Shown: positions 1-16,092, counted from the stretch's first letter. The stretch: DNA of 64,000 nucleotides from the human T2T-CHM13v2.0 reference genome, Homo sapiens (GCF_009914755.1 NC_060928.1); one strand, 5' to 3'. The notes: generated by a model from the letters alone, not told the origin. A program made the numbers and translations.

Positions 1-1118
1 TTTTTAAATAAAGGTTTTAATAATTAAAAAGCCTCATATTTGGTATAACCTCTTTTTGTGTGCTTTTGTTTTCACCTTGTTAAAAAGGCATATTAAATAT
101 TCCCAATGAAGAATTACATCTATGAGACCTGTGGGGTGTCATAGAATATCTAGATATATCCTCTCCTAACTTTGACCTTGCATAGAAATATGGGCAAATA
201 TACTATTGGCCAATCCAAATGCGAATACGCTTTGACATTTTTAAGCTTAGTCATTTTTTAGCTTTTCCAGGTACAATTAAACAATTGTAGTCTACACAGT
301 CATTAACCAAACAGTGTTTGGAGACAGATGAGCTCATATTATCCATTTTGTCTGCATCCTTCAGCCAACTTTTTTACATGTACAGCCCATGAAGGCCACT
401 AAGTGTGTTCTACATCCACAAATTACAAAGTCAAATGGGAAAGCCAGTGCAATGTTCTGCTATTTTTATCCTGGAAAGAACTGTTTGTATTCATGCTTAA
501 TTTTTGTCTCTTAGTTCTACTCCAGGTCAGTTTTTGTCAAACTATATTTTTTCACTTTCCAGCAAGAAAAATGAGGTCTGCTTCTTAAAAGTAAAAAGCA
601 GTGGAATATGTTACTAGATGGCTTCTGCATTGTTCATTTAAGTACTACGCGATGAAATATAGACATGATTTAGCAGTGTAATTTAGTTTCTCATCATTCT
701 GTGTAAGTATTTACTTATGAGAAGGATTCCTATAACCAATTCTGAATAATGCCAGCTGTCCAAAAGAAAGACTCAGGAGACAAGACAGAAATTTTGGTGA
801 CTGGGGGATTACTCACCAGAAGACATTGATGAACATTTCATTTCATTGAGGAACACATTGATCAACATTTCAGCAGAGAAACCAAAGCAAGTATATCATA
901 ATATGTCATTTTAATAAGCCATGACACCAAATGCAAGAGCAACATGCAGATTGGGCGTTTTGTCTCTTACAACATATGCTATTTTTGTTTACCGTTAGTA
1001 AAAACACCACAGGGTCAGGGTGGGGCTGTGGCGAGTAAAATGTTGAGTTACGAGCACACCCTACTGGTTTGGTGTGAGATGACAATAAAAGACAATAAAA
1101 GGTTTCATAGGTGTTTTG

Positions 1119-1120
<2 letters not shown>

Positions 1121-1154
<34 letters not shown>

Positions 1155-1157
1155 GTG
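1121..1157. repeat. (TG)n microsatellite
   Basis: About 18 GT units with one GC interruption, read directly. Confidence 0.97.
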
Positions 1158-2549
1158 ATTATGGACATAGCGAAACATACAGTATTCTGCAGTTTTAATA
1201 TTATACCAAAAAGAAGAGTGATATGTATATTGGATAGATGAGAGATAAATAGACGTATTTGAACAGAATGAAATCCTTTTCTAAAGTTTATGAATGCCTT
1301 GATATGCCTTATTTCCCCTTTTTACTATTTTTAAGGCTCTTTTAACTCTCTCCACTCTCATTTAGTTTCTGAAGACTTGGCATCCCAAGGAAGACTCTTT
1401 TGAAGTCAATTTCCCTGACCCTGGATCCACAGAGCCACCTGCAGATGTCACACTGAAACTTTGCTGTTGACACACCACCTGTTTTTCCTTGTTCTCCTTC
1501 GGTTTTTGCTTTCATCAAGAAAATTCTTCAAACAGCTGGGTGATGCCAATACATGGAGCCCGCTGGGAAGTACATTCTTGTTCCACACTAGAAAACCAGA
1601 CTTAATTAGTCAGTCACATTTAGAGTACTTTTTCTTCTCCATGACGACTCTAATCACGTTAGCCATATTTGAACTGGAAAATAGCAGTGTTTTCAGCCAC
1701 ACATGATGAACACAAATTTATGTTTAAATACAAATATTAGAGAAAGACAAATAGGTTGACATAATTATGTGGTTGATTCTCCTGTGGCTAGAAAAAAAAA
1801 TAAATGTGCCACCTCATCACCTCAGTCTTCCTCACTGAGACCTGTTATCTAGAAAGGGGATATTCTAGGGGATCACAATGGCGAATTAGTGAGTTTGGGG
1901 AGTATTCTTTTGTTTTGCTTTCTTTTTTCACTCAGGAAGAGTGAGTAAAACCACGTGGCTATTTTTATGTCATGACTTAAATACATCTTCATCGCCAAGC
2001 ATTGAAATTTCACTATCACTGTGTTCCTTGGGTATAGGCAATATGGGGTTAGTTACTAGTAATTAAATATCTATAAGTAAAGGGAAAAAGAAAATCAAAT
2101 CTAACATTCTGTTTTTATGTAATCCAACCCTTTCTCTTAGACATCAGAAAACTATATGGACACCATGATAAACAAAGGAATCCCTTGCCCAACTCATATG
2201 TATCTGGCCTAAAAAATAATTTTGTGACCAACTATTATAGCTCTTCTAGGATATTAAAATAGTACTGAGAAAAGCTTGTGTAGGCACTAAACTTAAACAA
2301 TTTGACAACGTTTGCCTTACATTTATTTTTATTTTTTTGGCTCAAAACTAACTATAACCCAAAGAATTTCCAATCACATTAATCTTTCAGTGGCAACATT
2401 CCTTAATTTGAGGCTTACTCTTTCTAAACTTTGACTCACACTATGTTTTTAACATTGAAATCTGATAGACAATTGTGTCAAAATGGCAAGGTACATTCCA
2501 TGTGTCCAGGTGCTGTATCTATCTTGAATTACCTCTACGAAATGCAAGA

Positions 2550-2810
2550 TGCATTTTGCTACCAGATTAATCTGATAAAGCAGACCCCAATCATACCATT
2601 CAAAAGCCTTTAATGGCCTCCCAATTACCTACACCTGCAAAATTGGAGTCTAAAGCCTCATCCCAACTTGCAAAGGACTCTTTAGCCAACTTCTCCACCT
2701 TCATTTCTTACCATTCTCCTTTGGGCATTCCTGGGTTGCAAGCTAAGTGAATTATTTTTGACTTCCTAAAATATTCCTCTTCCTTCCTCTGTATAGCTCT
2801 CATGCTAGGC
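2550..2810 (+). mobile_element. L2 LINE fragment (degenerate)
   Basis: 'aaaagcctttaatggcctcccaattacc...aaagcctca' resembles the L2 3' region. Boundaries approximate. Confidence 0.45.
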
Positions 2811-2854
2811 AAAAAATATTATTGACCAATTCAAATTCCTTCCAAGTGACATGT

Positions 2855-3030
2855 AATAATAGTGATGATGGCAATAATGATATGAGTAGTGGCCAGCCTT
2901 AGGGAGGGCTCATTATGTGCCAAGCATTGAAATAACCAGTTTCTACATGCTTAAAAGAATAAAAAGACATAGTTCTCTTATTCCTCTTGATAACCCTAGG
3001 TGGTAGGTTGTGTTGCTATAAGAACCTGGG
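2855..3030 (-). mobile_element. MIR fragment
   Basis: 'cattatgtgccaagcattg...cttattcctcttgataaccctaggtggtagg' resembles antisense MIR. Confidence 0.4.
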
Positions 3031-3386
3031 ATCTATACCTTACAAGTAAACGAGTGCAGATGGGAAACACTTTCTTTTTCATGAGTGATTTCACAAATGT
3101 TATAAACCGACTTTATTCAGATTTGTCAGGCAAAATTCTTTTCGGCTGTTTTTGGTAGAAATGACCAGCCACCAACAATTTTTAGCTGTTCACACTTCTG
3201 TAAGCTCAGTGAAGCCTAGCTCTCTGTCTTCTTAGAGGTTCAGGCACCACCAAGCAGGAAACCTTCACTTTAACCAAAGTGAGAGTCCAGAAGCAAGATT
3301 ATGTTTACCTTAATACCAACAACTGGAAATCTGAATTTTCTCTGGTGCTGGCTAGACACAATGCGATTTTAAAATTATAGCTAGGA

Positions 3387-4755
3387 TAGGAGTTGTTAGA
3401 ATGTGATCCCTGTGGGTTTCTTGGGGAATCTTCAAGGTCAAAACTATTCTGTGATAATATTGAGATGCTATTTGCTTTCTTTCAGTGTTTCAACATTTAC
3501 ATTGATGATGCAAAAGCAGCAGTGAGTAAAAGTGTTGGAGCCTTAATACAAATCAAGACAGCACTGAACTGTGCTGGAAAGTCTTGTGTTCTTGACTCCA
3601 TAGCATTCATGGGGTGGAGGAGGCAAGAGGGCTCCTTGAGGGCTTCCTTAAGAAAACAATGAAATTGATTAGTTTTATGAAATCTAGGCCCTTGAGTACA
3701 TGTCTTTTAACATTCTAAATGAAAAATGGAAAGTGTGTAGAAAGACTTTATGCTTCACACTGAAGTACAATGGTTGCCTCAAGGAAAAGCACATGTGTAC
3801 TTGAGCTAAAGCTGAACTGGATGTTTTAATCAGGGAATATTTTATTGAAAGAACTGAAAGGCAAAGTATGATTATTCAGTCTTGGGTACTTGGCAGACAT
3901 AGTCTCAAAAATGAAGTGAGCCTGTTGCTTCAAAGATAGCAACTGACAGCATTTGCTGCCAGTGATAAAATTTGAGCCTTCAAGAAAAATTTAGCATTTT
4001 GAAAATCTTGTCTTCTTCACCATACTGACAGTATCCCAATATTTAAATTTTTTTGATGAGATTAGTGGAAATATTAATGACTGTGATTTTCTTTATATTC
4101 ATAATGAAATATGTTAACATTTGTAATATCTGGATAGTCAGTCAACCAACATTTCCTAATTACCAATGCATGATGCTACAAAATCACGCGTGGATACAAG
4201 ACCCACTCAAAGTGCAAGATAGACAAGTGGATTTTAATGGAACAGAATACACAATGTTCATGGATATAGTTTTAGATTCCACATTGTAACTAATCTTCAG
4301 TAAAATACCACGTGTTATATTGTGATATAATATCAATGGAAAAAACATCCAAATTATCTGCAAAGATAGTAAAGCACATTTTCTTCCAGTGACATAAGTC
4401 AGTTGAGATATGAGGTCAGATTTTCTTCATATGCTTCAACCAAAACAACATATCTTAACAGACTAAAGGCAGAAACACAGGGGAATCCAGATGTCTTTTA
4501 TTAATCCAGATACTAAAGAGATTTTTCAAAAATATAAAACAATGCCACTTTTACCATATTTTTGGTTTTAAATAAAATTATTTTTCATAAATGTTTATGT
4601 TTAACAGGTAATAAACTTCTTATCAATATTTAAGAATTACCTAATAAATATTTTATTGATTTCTTATTTTTAATTTCATAATATAAGTTCTTTAGAGGTT
4701 TTAATAAATTTTAAGAGCATAAATGGGTTGAGACCACACAGATTATAATCCACTG
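3387..4755 (+). mobile_element. hAT-Charlie DNA transposon, Charlie1-like, internally deleted
   Basis: 'aggtcaaaactatt...' near the left end and 'gagacc...ccactg' at the right end. 8-bp TSD agctagga (3379-3386) / agctaggt (4756-4763). Confidence 0.8.
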
Positions 4756-5884
4756 AGCTAGGTCTTCCCGTCTAATGATAAAGGCTGTAAGCCTAGTGGA
4801 TTCTTATGTACTGTTCTCAAAAGAGTGAACATGTGTTGAAAATTATTAAGCTCATCCACATATGTTGAATACCTTTAGTTTCACCACTAAGAGAACATTT
4901 TAACACTTATTGTGGTCATTTACTGTAGCCACAAATGAAAAACCTTTCTGACATTTACCATGATTAGAAAAGCCTGATGTGTTGATCAAGCTAGAGATAA
5001 GAGCATGTGTAGTAGCTGGAACATGGGCTTTCTCATTAGAGCACTAGCTGACAACACCTGGAGTTTACATTCATATTAGAATTCAGAGTTCAGCAACTGA
5101 GTTCTAACTTAACCTAAATAAGAAAAATCCAGCATTACACTATCTATGCTAAAATATTTTAAAGTTAAATTACAGACATTGTAATACCCGACCAGATGCC
5201 ATCTGCCTTTGAATTTCTACTTTTTATATACGCTTTTCAGCATCTCTATCCTATATTCTGCCAATTCTACACTGAAAGCTTTTGTGCATTTATTTTACTC
5301 CCTGTTCTTTTCACAAATTCTGAGATATTACCTAACTACTAGAAGCAGAAACAATATGTGATAACTGGGTAAAGCAGATATTAAGAAGCAAGAGAAATCT
5401 ATGAATGCTAATAGGAAGCTGGGCACTTGGAACATGCAATCCCAGGAATACACAGGGAGTCATAATAAAGAAAAAGTAAAGAAATGGATATTACAATGGT
5501 ACCCGAAATACAGTAATGATCACCTAGAAGCAGATACCATTTGGCCAAAAAAAGTTAAAAAAAAAAAAAAACCCAACATCTGAAAATTGTAAAGTCTTTT
5601 TAATCCAGCAAGAGTTCAGGGGTAGGACTTGAGTCATGAGAGGGAAATAAAAAATAAAAAATGAAGTTCATAATCTTAAAGAGATTCAACTATTAATCAG
5701 GTATGAAGTTAAAGACTCAGGAAAAAAGAAACAAAACAACATTTCAGTTACCAGTCTATCAGAATATGTAACTAATAAATATATAATTTTTATTTTAGTG
5801 AAGATATGGCTTTAGACGTACCTGAAAATTGTATTCTTACTATTTGATACTATCAGTCTGCAGATAAAGTCACAATGCTAGTGA

Positions 5885-6593
<709 letters not shown>

Positions 6594-6599
6594 TAGAAT

Positions 6600-6765
6600 C
6601 TTGATTGTCTCACTTCAGTTGGATTTGAATCCTATCTCAACCATCATCTAGAAGTATAGTCTTGAGCAAAATGTGCAACTTCTCTATATTTTCCTGATAC
6701 AGATATGAGAAGAAGTCTACATAATATTATATGTATAGAGAGAATAACATGCATAGGTATGTTAG
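6600..6765 (+). mobile_element. MIR fragment
   Basis: 'ggatttgaatcc...cttgagcaaaatgtgcaacttctct' resembles the MIR core. Confidence 0.4.
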
Positions 6766-7613
6766 TTGTTCATTAATTTTAGTAATAAAATCATGGATTT
6801 TGATTATGACACTAAAAAATAAAACAGCTCTTGTCACAGTTTCTAAGAAGAAAATGTTTTCATGTGCCATGGCAGCCAAAAGAATAAACACACACACAAA
6901 AGAAAACAAAACATTAAACATCACTAGAAAGTACATTTCAAATGGAAATGGAAACAGCCAATCATAGCACAAAAATAACATGCTTCTCATTATAAATATG
7001 TGAGTATGCTAGGAAGTTTTTGTTAACAAGCAGCAAAAACTTCAAAGAGATGGAAAATGTTTAGCAACCAAAATTTAAAGACATAAATAGACTTCGGAGA
7101 GGGAATAAAGGTTTACAATGTTATTTAATCTAGAAATATGAATATTGACCAGAGATATGGTCAAAATAAACACCACAGTAAAGATAAGTGGGTTTAATTT
7201 ACTTGGATTTTTCACATACAGAATTTATTTTAAGCTATTGGCAAATTTAAAGATAAATATTTTCCAGTATTTCCTCCATTTATACTTGGAATAAACAAAT
7301 CTTTCGATAAATATTATTTCTTTCTCTAAATATTAAATTTATTTTTTAACAATTCTTATATAATGCTATCCTGAAAGACAGATTGTAGACAGGAACTATG
7401 AGATTTCTTTAGAGATGTAGTACTGTTTTATTGTACCATAATATCTTGACAGGAGCAGTTGATATTTTCTGAGTTCCTCTTAACCTCCTTGAGAAGAGGT
7501 TATGTGTACTGGAGAAAGAAATAAAAACCACCTAAACTCTGATTATGAGTACACAATTACCTAACCTAAATTAAAGAAGATAAATTCTTCATGGTATGTT
7601 AAATGCTCTAAAT

Positions 7614-8991
<1,378 letters not shown>

Positions 8992-9837
8992 CTCTAGTCT
9001 AAACCATAGACAACAGAAGATGCTGCGCTGAGACTGGGCTGATTTTAAAACCTCATGGTGATCACTACCTACTGTACAAGGAGGAGGAAAAAACATTTTT
9101 AGTTCAGTGACTACGTCTGGTCACTGTTAACTCACCACACAAGATTTATGATTTCGAATGATTAATCAGCAGTGACCATGATTTGTTTTTAAAGAATTTC
9201 TCTTTGAAATGTACCTTGATCTTGATATATCACTTTAAGTTGATCTATACAGGAAAACCTGGCACCAAAAGCTGCAACTGCTTTGAGGGGAGCTTTATGT
9301 GATTATTAGATTTCAAAGCCACTAAGCTTTTGCTAATCTTCCACATAAGAGATCTAAACATGATTGTTTATGAAAACTTCCCTCTTCCTGTAAAGTTTCC
9401 TCCCTACTCACCTTCCATTTTCTCTAATACCATCTAAATAGCATGCATTGATTTTCTTTGTTTCAGAAGTTTTTAGCAATCTGACATCCATTTATTTGAA
9501 GCAATTCACATACCTACAACGTGAAAGACTGGGTAGTAACCTGCTAAGCATGCAGGCATGAGAAAGCACATCTCCTCTAAACATTTAAAAGTCAGAATTT
9601 CTACGAAAGTCACAAGTCTTCAATAAATTTTTCCATAGCATTTGACTATTTCTAGAGCACAGTAAGAAGCATGATACTTTCCTTTTTAAAGCACTGACAT
9701 TTATTACTTTGCACAAACTGAATGTTTGAGATCCAGAAGACCACTGCAGATACAGTAGAAAAATCAATTGCTTTTCTTATTGCTTTAATAAAAGCTGTAG
9801 AAATTCTTTATACTTAACATGTGTACAACTAAAGAGA

Positions 9838-9838
<1 letters not shown>

Positions 9839-9869
<31 letters not shown>
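9839..9869. repeat. (TG)n microsatellite
   Basis: About 15 perfect TG units. Confidence 0.97.
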
Positions 9870-9873
<4 letters not shown>

Positions 9874-11566
9874 GAGAGCTCCAGCTGCCCTTAGCTTGAA
9901 GGAATCTCCATGTCATCAGCAGACAGGAATTATATTTCATTCACCCTTTTGCCATGGTAAAGGAGTCAACAAGATCCAGATGGTTGTTCTGCGTGTTAAA
10001 GCGAGTCTGCTTTGTAATCGTTGTCTGAGATCCAAGCCCTTGCTTTATAGTGCTTAAATAATTGATTTCACCCAGTCTTCAGTCAGAGCTAGAAAACTCC
10101 AAATATGTTCCCATTAATCCTCAGAGTAAGGAACTGCTGATGGTGCTCAGTAGTTTCAAAATTCATGGCTTCATGGGAAATCATACCATTTACAAAGAAA
10201 TCCATTTTGGCTGGGAAAGAAAATAAAAACCTCATGCTGATGATTTCATAATGTGTCAATCCAGAGTTGCAGATTGACATAGTAAAACAGGAATACTATT
10301 AAAGTTATCAAAGATGCAGGTTTATGCTGTTCTATCATTTAGTAAGTTATTATACAGATACGCTGTTGTTATTTTTTAAATAAGTGAGTTTACAAAAAAT
10401 AAGGGTTCAGTGGAAATATATGAAATAATTCACATGCTATAAAACATTAGGACAACTAATCCCGAAGGTCAAAAACTCTCTAATGAAGAGCTCGGGGGTG
10501 AAGACATTCTGAATATTTAGCCACCAAAAGAAGAAGTTTAATGAAAATATATTCCTAGTAGGAATGCATTCAGAATGTTCTGTCTGAATCCAAACTTTAT
10601 TCATTGTTGGAATTAAAGGTAAGTACATGTTTATTCGTAATGATATTGCAAACTCATTTTTATTGTTCACATTTGATTGAGATTCTGAAAAAATATATGA
10701 AGCAGACTAGAAACTAAAGTACAATATGATATAAATCACCTACAAATAAATATAACAAAGTTTCCTGAAGAAAATTGGAGTAACCGCTCTAGACATCTGA
10801 ATTGAGTAGATTACCATACTCAAGCAATACATTTGGCTGTAAGGTTTTTGAACAAGAAGGCAAAGGATGGGAAACATATTGGGCTGCACCATTTTCACAT
10901 TTTAGCACCAGGAAGTATAAAATTTCATCTAATGTCACTACTTTCCCTAGAAGGAAAGCTGTGTTCCTATACAGTAGCTGTCAATGTGGACATAGCGTAC
11001 ATTTAGATATGTGTAGCAAATATAAAGCTGGTGATGCTGGTGTCCAATTGTCAGATATAGCAATCTCTGGAGAATACAGAATGGTTACTAATTTACTTCC
11101 AATTACTGGTAAACTATATTTTAATGCTTACAAGCAGCAATAAGCTCATCAATGTAACATTATAGAACAAGGAATTTGCTCATTTTTTAAAAAAGAAGTT
11201 ACTTTGCTAAATTTAAGAAAAATGGAATTTTAAAAATAGTTTCATGTTTCTAAATGTGCCTCAGAAGTTTTGATAAGCACAAATATCAGGAAAGTTACCA
11301 TGACAGGTTTTCAGAAACAGACATTTTTAATACTATCGTTCCTAGTGATAGCTCTGATCTATGTGTCACCTACAAAACTGTGTGAGGTGATAAGCTTTAA
11401 TATGTGCATTATAATGTTTACAAATAATGAGAAACACTTTCACATATCTTATTGAAGTTCTTCTTTATCAACCACAGGGTAGTTCTCTCCAGAATGATGG
11501 AGGTGATTCAATTACCCTTTGTAGTTGTGGCAGAACAAGAGTTAGTAGAAAAGTTATCCTCAATAT

Positions 11567-11866
11567 TGCCAGGCACGGTGGCTCACGCCTGCAATCCTAG
11601 CACTTTGGGAGGCCGAGACGGGCAGATCACCTGAGGTCAGGAGTTAGAGACCAGCCTGGCCAACATGGTGAAACCCCGTCTCTACTAACAATACAAAAAT
11701 TAGACCAGCGTGGTAGTGTGTGCCTGTAATCCCAGCTACCAGGAGGCTGAGGCAGGAGAATTGCTGGAACCCAGGAGGCAGAGGCAGCAGTGAGCTGAGA
11801 TCATGCCACTGCACTCAAGCTTGGGTGACAGGGCGAGACTCCATCAAAAAAAGAAAAAAAAAGAAA
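11567..11866 (+). mobile_element. AluSx-like, full length
   Basis: Alu dimer with A-rich tail. TSD agaaaagttatc(c/t)tca on both sides. Confidence 0.95.
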
Positions 11867-12502
11867 AGAAAAGTTATCTTCATATGGATTTCAAATGATA
11901 AATCTTTGTGTCCCTTTATGGAGTAAATAATATGATTGGTTCACTGACTTGCTTTTTCTTTTTTTTTTTACAATTTTTCTTTAACTTATCAAGAAAAAGA
12001 TTATGATCTGGATTTCAGTTAATGGAATTTTTACATGGAAAGATTTATGTAATGGAAGATAAGAAATACGTGTCTATTTTTAGCAGCACTTTGGTGTGAA
12101 AAGTCAGAAGCAAATTACTCTATTTTTAAAATATTTCCATGTACAAAGGAATATACATTTTTGGAAGATGTCAAGCAGTTTCATTGATTTTCCTGGGGCA
12201 GTGATTGTTTGTTTCTAAGAAGGAGGCCCTTTGAAAGGTGCAGCTTCTATAGCAGGACTGAAGGGCACAGGGAATGTCTCTAAACAACCGTCCCATTCAT
12301 ATGTTTCTGAGTCCTCTGGCAGCCACCATAACTGTGTCATGATGTGACTACATAATTCTTTAAAGGAAATGAGGGCATACAAGTTTCCCTGAGATGGAAG
12401 ACAAAAAACAAACAAACAAAAAAACCTGGCACTGCAGCATCACATTTTCAAGCTTTAAAAAAAATGTGTTGTAGTCTATTAAATAAAAATTTATATTTTT
12501 TT

Positions 12503-12793
12503 TGCCTGGCAAGGTGGGTCACGCCTGTAATCCCAGCACTTTGGGAGGCAGGTGGATCACTTGAGGCCAGGAGTTCGAGACCAGCCTGGTCATTATGGCA
12601 AAACCCCGTCTCTACTAAAAATACAAAAATTAGCTGGACATGGTGACACACACCTGTAATTCCAGCTATTCAGGAGGTTGAGGCACAATAATCGCTTGAA
12701 CCCAGGAGGCAGAGGTTGCAATGAGCCAAGATTGTGTCACCGCACTCCAGTCTGGGTGACAGACTGAGACTCTGTCTAAAAAAAAAAAAAAAA
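12503..12793 (+). mobile_element. AluS (Sz-like)
   Basis: Alu dimer, 'cttgaggccaggagttcgagacc', poly-A tail. Confidence 0.93.
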
Positions 12794-12867
12794 GTTTACT
12801 TTTTGAAAAAAATTACAGGGACTGTCATGTTGCTGCAAATCATTGGCAAAACAACAGAGTAATGTGA

Positions 12868-13141
12868 ATTCATTCATTCAAACGCTATCTTTTGAGCACT
12901 AACTAATAGTGTGCCAGACACCACTGAAGACATTTGGGAGGTAACATGGAACAAGACTGACAAACTCCTCACAGGGCTTATTTTCTAGGACTGAGACACA
13001 ATAAACAAGCGTGCATAACATATATTATGTTAGATTGTGTTGAGTGCTAACAGAAGGGATCAAGCAGGAAAGCAGGTGGGAAGCATTACAATTTCAGATG
13101 AGGTGCTCAAGAAAGATCTCTCTGGAAAGGCGGCAATGGAG
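12868..13141 (-). mobile_element. L2 3' end
   Basis: 'ttcattcattca...ttgagcact...gtgccagacacc' is the typical antisense L2 terminus. Confidence 0.65.
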
Positions 13142-13843
13142 TTCACAGAGAGTTGGCCTCTCTTATTTCAGGATCATCAGGCAGACCAATGAGGAAATGA
13201 AGAGTGATTGAAAGAGTCAGTTTCTTTTATTTAATATTTAGAATCATTAAATCCTTATTTAAAAGGTAGAGGAAAAACAATTTTATTTTTAAATAATTGC
13301 TGATGAGGTGGCAACCCTTTTTAGTGGTAGGAAATGCTATGTGTCTGAAAGCAACCCTTCACCTAGAAAACTGAAAACAAAGGTAGCTGTTATTTCATAT
13401 TTTCTTCTCTCTTATACCTCAATAGATTTCTCAAAAAAATGGGGGTCAGGGGGAACTTGAATATTCCAGTACTTAGAGTGGTGTGGTTTCTGTTTTGTTT
13501 TTAATGAAAAGCACCATTTCCACAAACTTTGAAAACCAATTTAAAGAATGAAACAAAAATTCAAAAATATTTCATTTATTAAAGCTGCAGACATGGAGAT
13601 AGACTTCACTCACACTAGTAAGATTAAATGTGGTTCACTTCAGTCTTGACAATGTGCATTTGTTTAATGAGCAAAGTGTCAAGAAACTTCACAAAATATA
13701 CAAAATCCAAAGATCGTTTCGTCATAAACAGACAAGTTGCTACATCCCAATGACACTGGACATCAGTACGTTTTAACAAGGAAGCATTTGCTTCTCTTCT
13801 CACTACTATTTCATCCATCCCAACCTACTCAATAAAACAAGAC

Positions 13844-14166
<323 letters not shown>

Positions 14167-15240
14167 TTAAAAAATAAAGTAGCACCTAAAAGTCACATGA
14201 AGAAAGAAGAAAATAAGTAAATTTAACAATAATCAGCATGCATTAAACCACAGAGTAAAAAGAATGAGGGATAAACAGAAAATGTGTAAGAAAAATTAAG
14301 CCAGGAACTCATTATTATTGTGTGCAATGATCCCCATTAGGCCCTTCCTCATGATGAAATAAGAGTTCTGAGCCATAAACATCGCAAATACTAAGAGATG
14401 CAAAATGTAAAATTAATGGACTGAAAGATTCTTCTCATTTTTGTTACTAATGTAATATTTTCAAATATATGGCCCACGCTTTCTTTTTTTTTAATGCCTA
14501 TTTTCTTTCCCTGTTTATAAAATAGCATGTGTTTCTGGTAGCATAATCTTTGGGACAGAAATCAATATACAGTCATTTTTGTTTTAAACTAAAAGATAGT
14601 TTAACAGATGTTAAATAGCTCTGACAGCATTTCTTTAAAAGTTCAAACATGAGAATATCATTTTGCACCTAATTTAAGAGGCCACAGAGGAATCAGAATC
14701 TTCTATCTCCAAATATTAATATATTTATTGCAGTTCTTGGAGATACTTTAGGTTCCATGCTGAGTACCTGCAATCCAGTGCTTTCAACCTAAGCTTGCTG
14801 TCTCCAAAACTGTTCATAAAAGAAAAATTGGATTGGTAAAATTATATTACAGGTGTTTTATTATTCCATACTATATTCAGTAAGGAGACAGTTCAACCTT
14901 CAAATCAATACTGCTCAGAACAATCAAATTATAAAATATCATCTTGATGTTGGATAGCTCAAAATATGCTGTTATTTAATTCATTTAAAAGGCTTTCCAG
15001 ATGTGATTTTTCTTCTAAATTGCTGTCAAAGTAGTTATAAAATATTTTCTTTGAATAAGGCTAGCATGTAACAATACCTCAGTACAAAAGATTTGATTTG
15101 TTATATCTAATTACATTGAAAGTATTTTGTAACTAATTTTGGTTCCACTGAAGATTTTTATACCAAAAGAAAACGGTGGATTGAAAAAAAATATTAGCTA
15201 TATTGTGGTTGCATCTTAGATTGTCAAGAATGATATTCTT

Positions 15241-15526
15241 GGCTGGGCATGGTGGTGCAGGCATGTAATCCCTCCACTTCGGGAAGCTGTGGCTGGCGGA
15301 TCTTTTGAGCTCAGGAGTTCAAGATCAGCATGGTGAAATCCCTTCTCTACAGAAAATACAAAAAATTAGCTGGGCACAGTGACATGCACCTGTAGTCCTA
15401 GGTACTTGGAAGGCTGAGGCAGGAGGATCCCTTGAGCCCAGGAAATCAAGGTTGCAGCGAGCCGTGATTGCACTACTGCACTCCAGCCTGGGGGGCAGAG
15501 CAAGATCATGTCTCAAAAAATTTAAA
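15241..15526 (+). mobile_element. AluJ
   Basis: Diverged Alu with J features (gagcccaggaaatcaaggttgcagcgagccgtg). TSD aagaatgatattctt (15226-15240) / aagaaagacattctt (15527-15541). Confidence 0.92.
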
Positions 15527-15651
15527 AAGAAAGACATTCTTAACACAAAATTCTCTTCTATGCCCCTCTCATTAGTGCCCTTTTTACTATGTACATTTTC
15601 CAATTTCATTTCTGAGACACTATTGGGTCTGGGATTTTCCCCTAGTAAACT

Positions 15652-16014
15652 TGTCAATGTTTCATGGATACTGGCAGAAGAAACAAGTCTCCTGGGTCAG
15701 AGACAAGCAAGTAGCACAGCAAGCAGCATGAGCATCAAGTCTGCACTGATTCCCCTACCCACCAGGTTCCACAAGGGAGGCACAACAGGCCAGGAGGATA
15801 CCAAGCATGCAGTGGGTTTGCATCATCACAACTGACAAATGGGAGCTTGGGAAATCTACTGCTTTTTGAGTAAGCACAAAGCAAGCCTGAAGGACAAATG
15901 CAATCCTAAGAAATGCTTCAGGTTAAGAAGACAGGTCAAGGTCTTGCATTTTTGGCATACCCAGCAAGTATGTACAAGGACGCATGGGGCTGAAAGAAGA
16001 TTGCCTTGCCCAAC
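15652..16014 (-). mobile_element. ERVL-class solo LTR (MER54/MER74 group)
   Basis: 'tttcatggatactggcagaag...ctcctgggtcagagacaa' and 'cttgcatttttggcatacccagcaag' match remembered antisense LTR consensus. Confidence 0.6.
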
Positions 16015-16092
16015 TGATGCTTGAGAAAATTTTGGTTTAAAGAATTTTCTGATCAAAATTGATTTCTATTCATAACAAGAAAATCTATTTAT

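Noticed and set aside
9970-10035. Pre-miRNA-like hairpin
   Set aside because: Pairing relies on many G-U wobbles and is branched, so it lacks a continuous ~30-bp stem.
13644-13684. Hairpin tcttgaca...tgtcaaga
   Set aside because: Only 8 perfect pairs plus an imperfect inner stem, compatible with chance.
14740-14830. Minus-strand exon-like segment
   Set aside because: The acceptor is plausible, but the donor (GTACTC) is weak and the peptide is unrecognisable.
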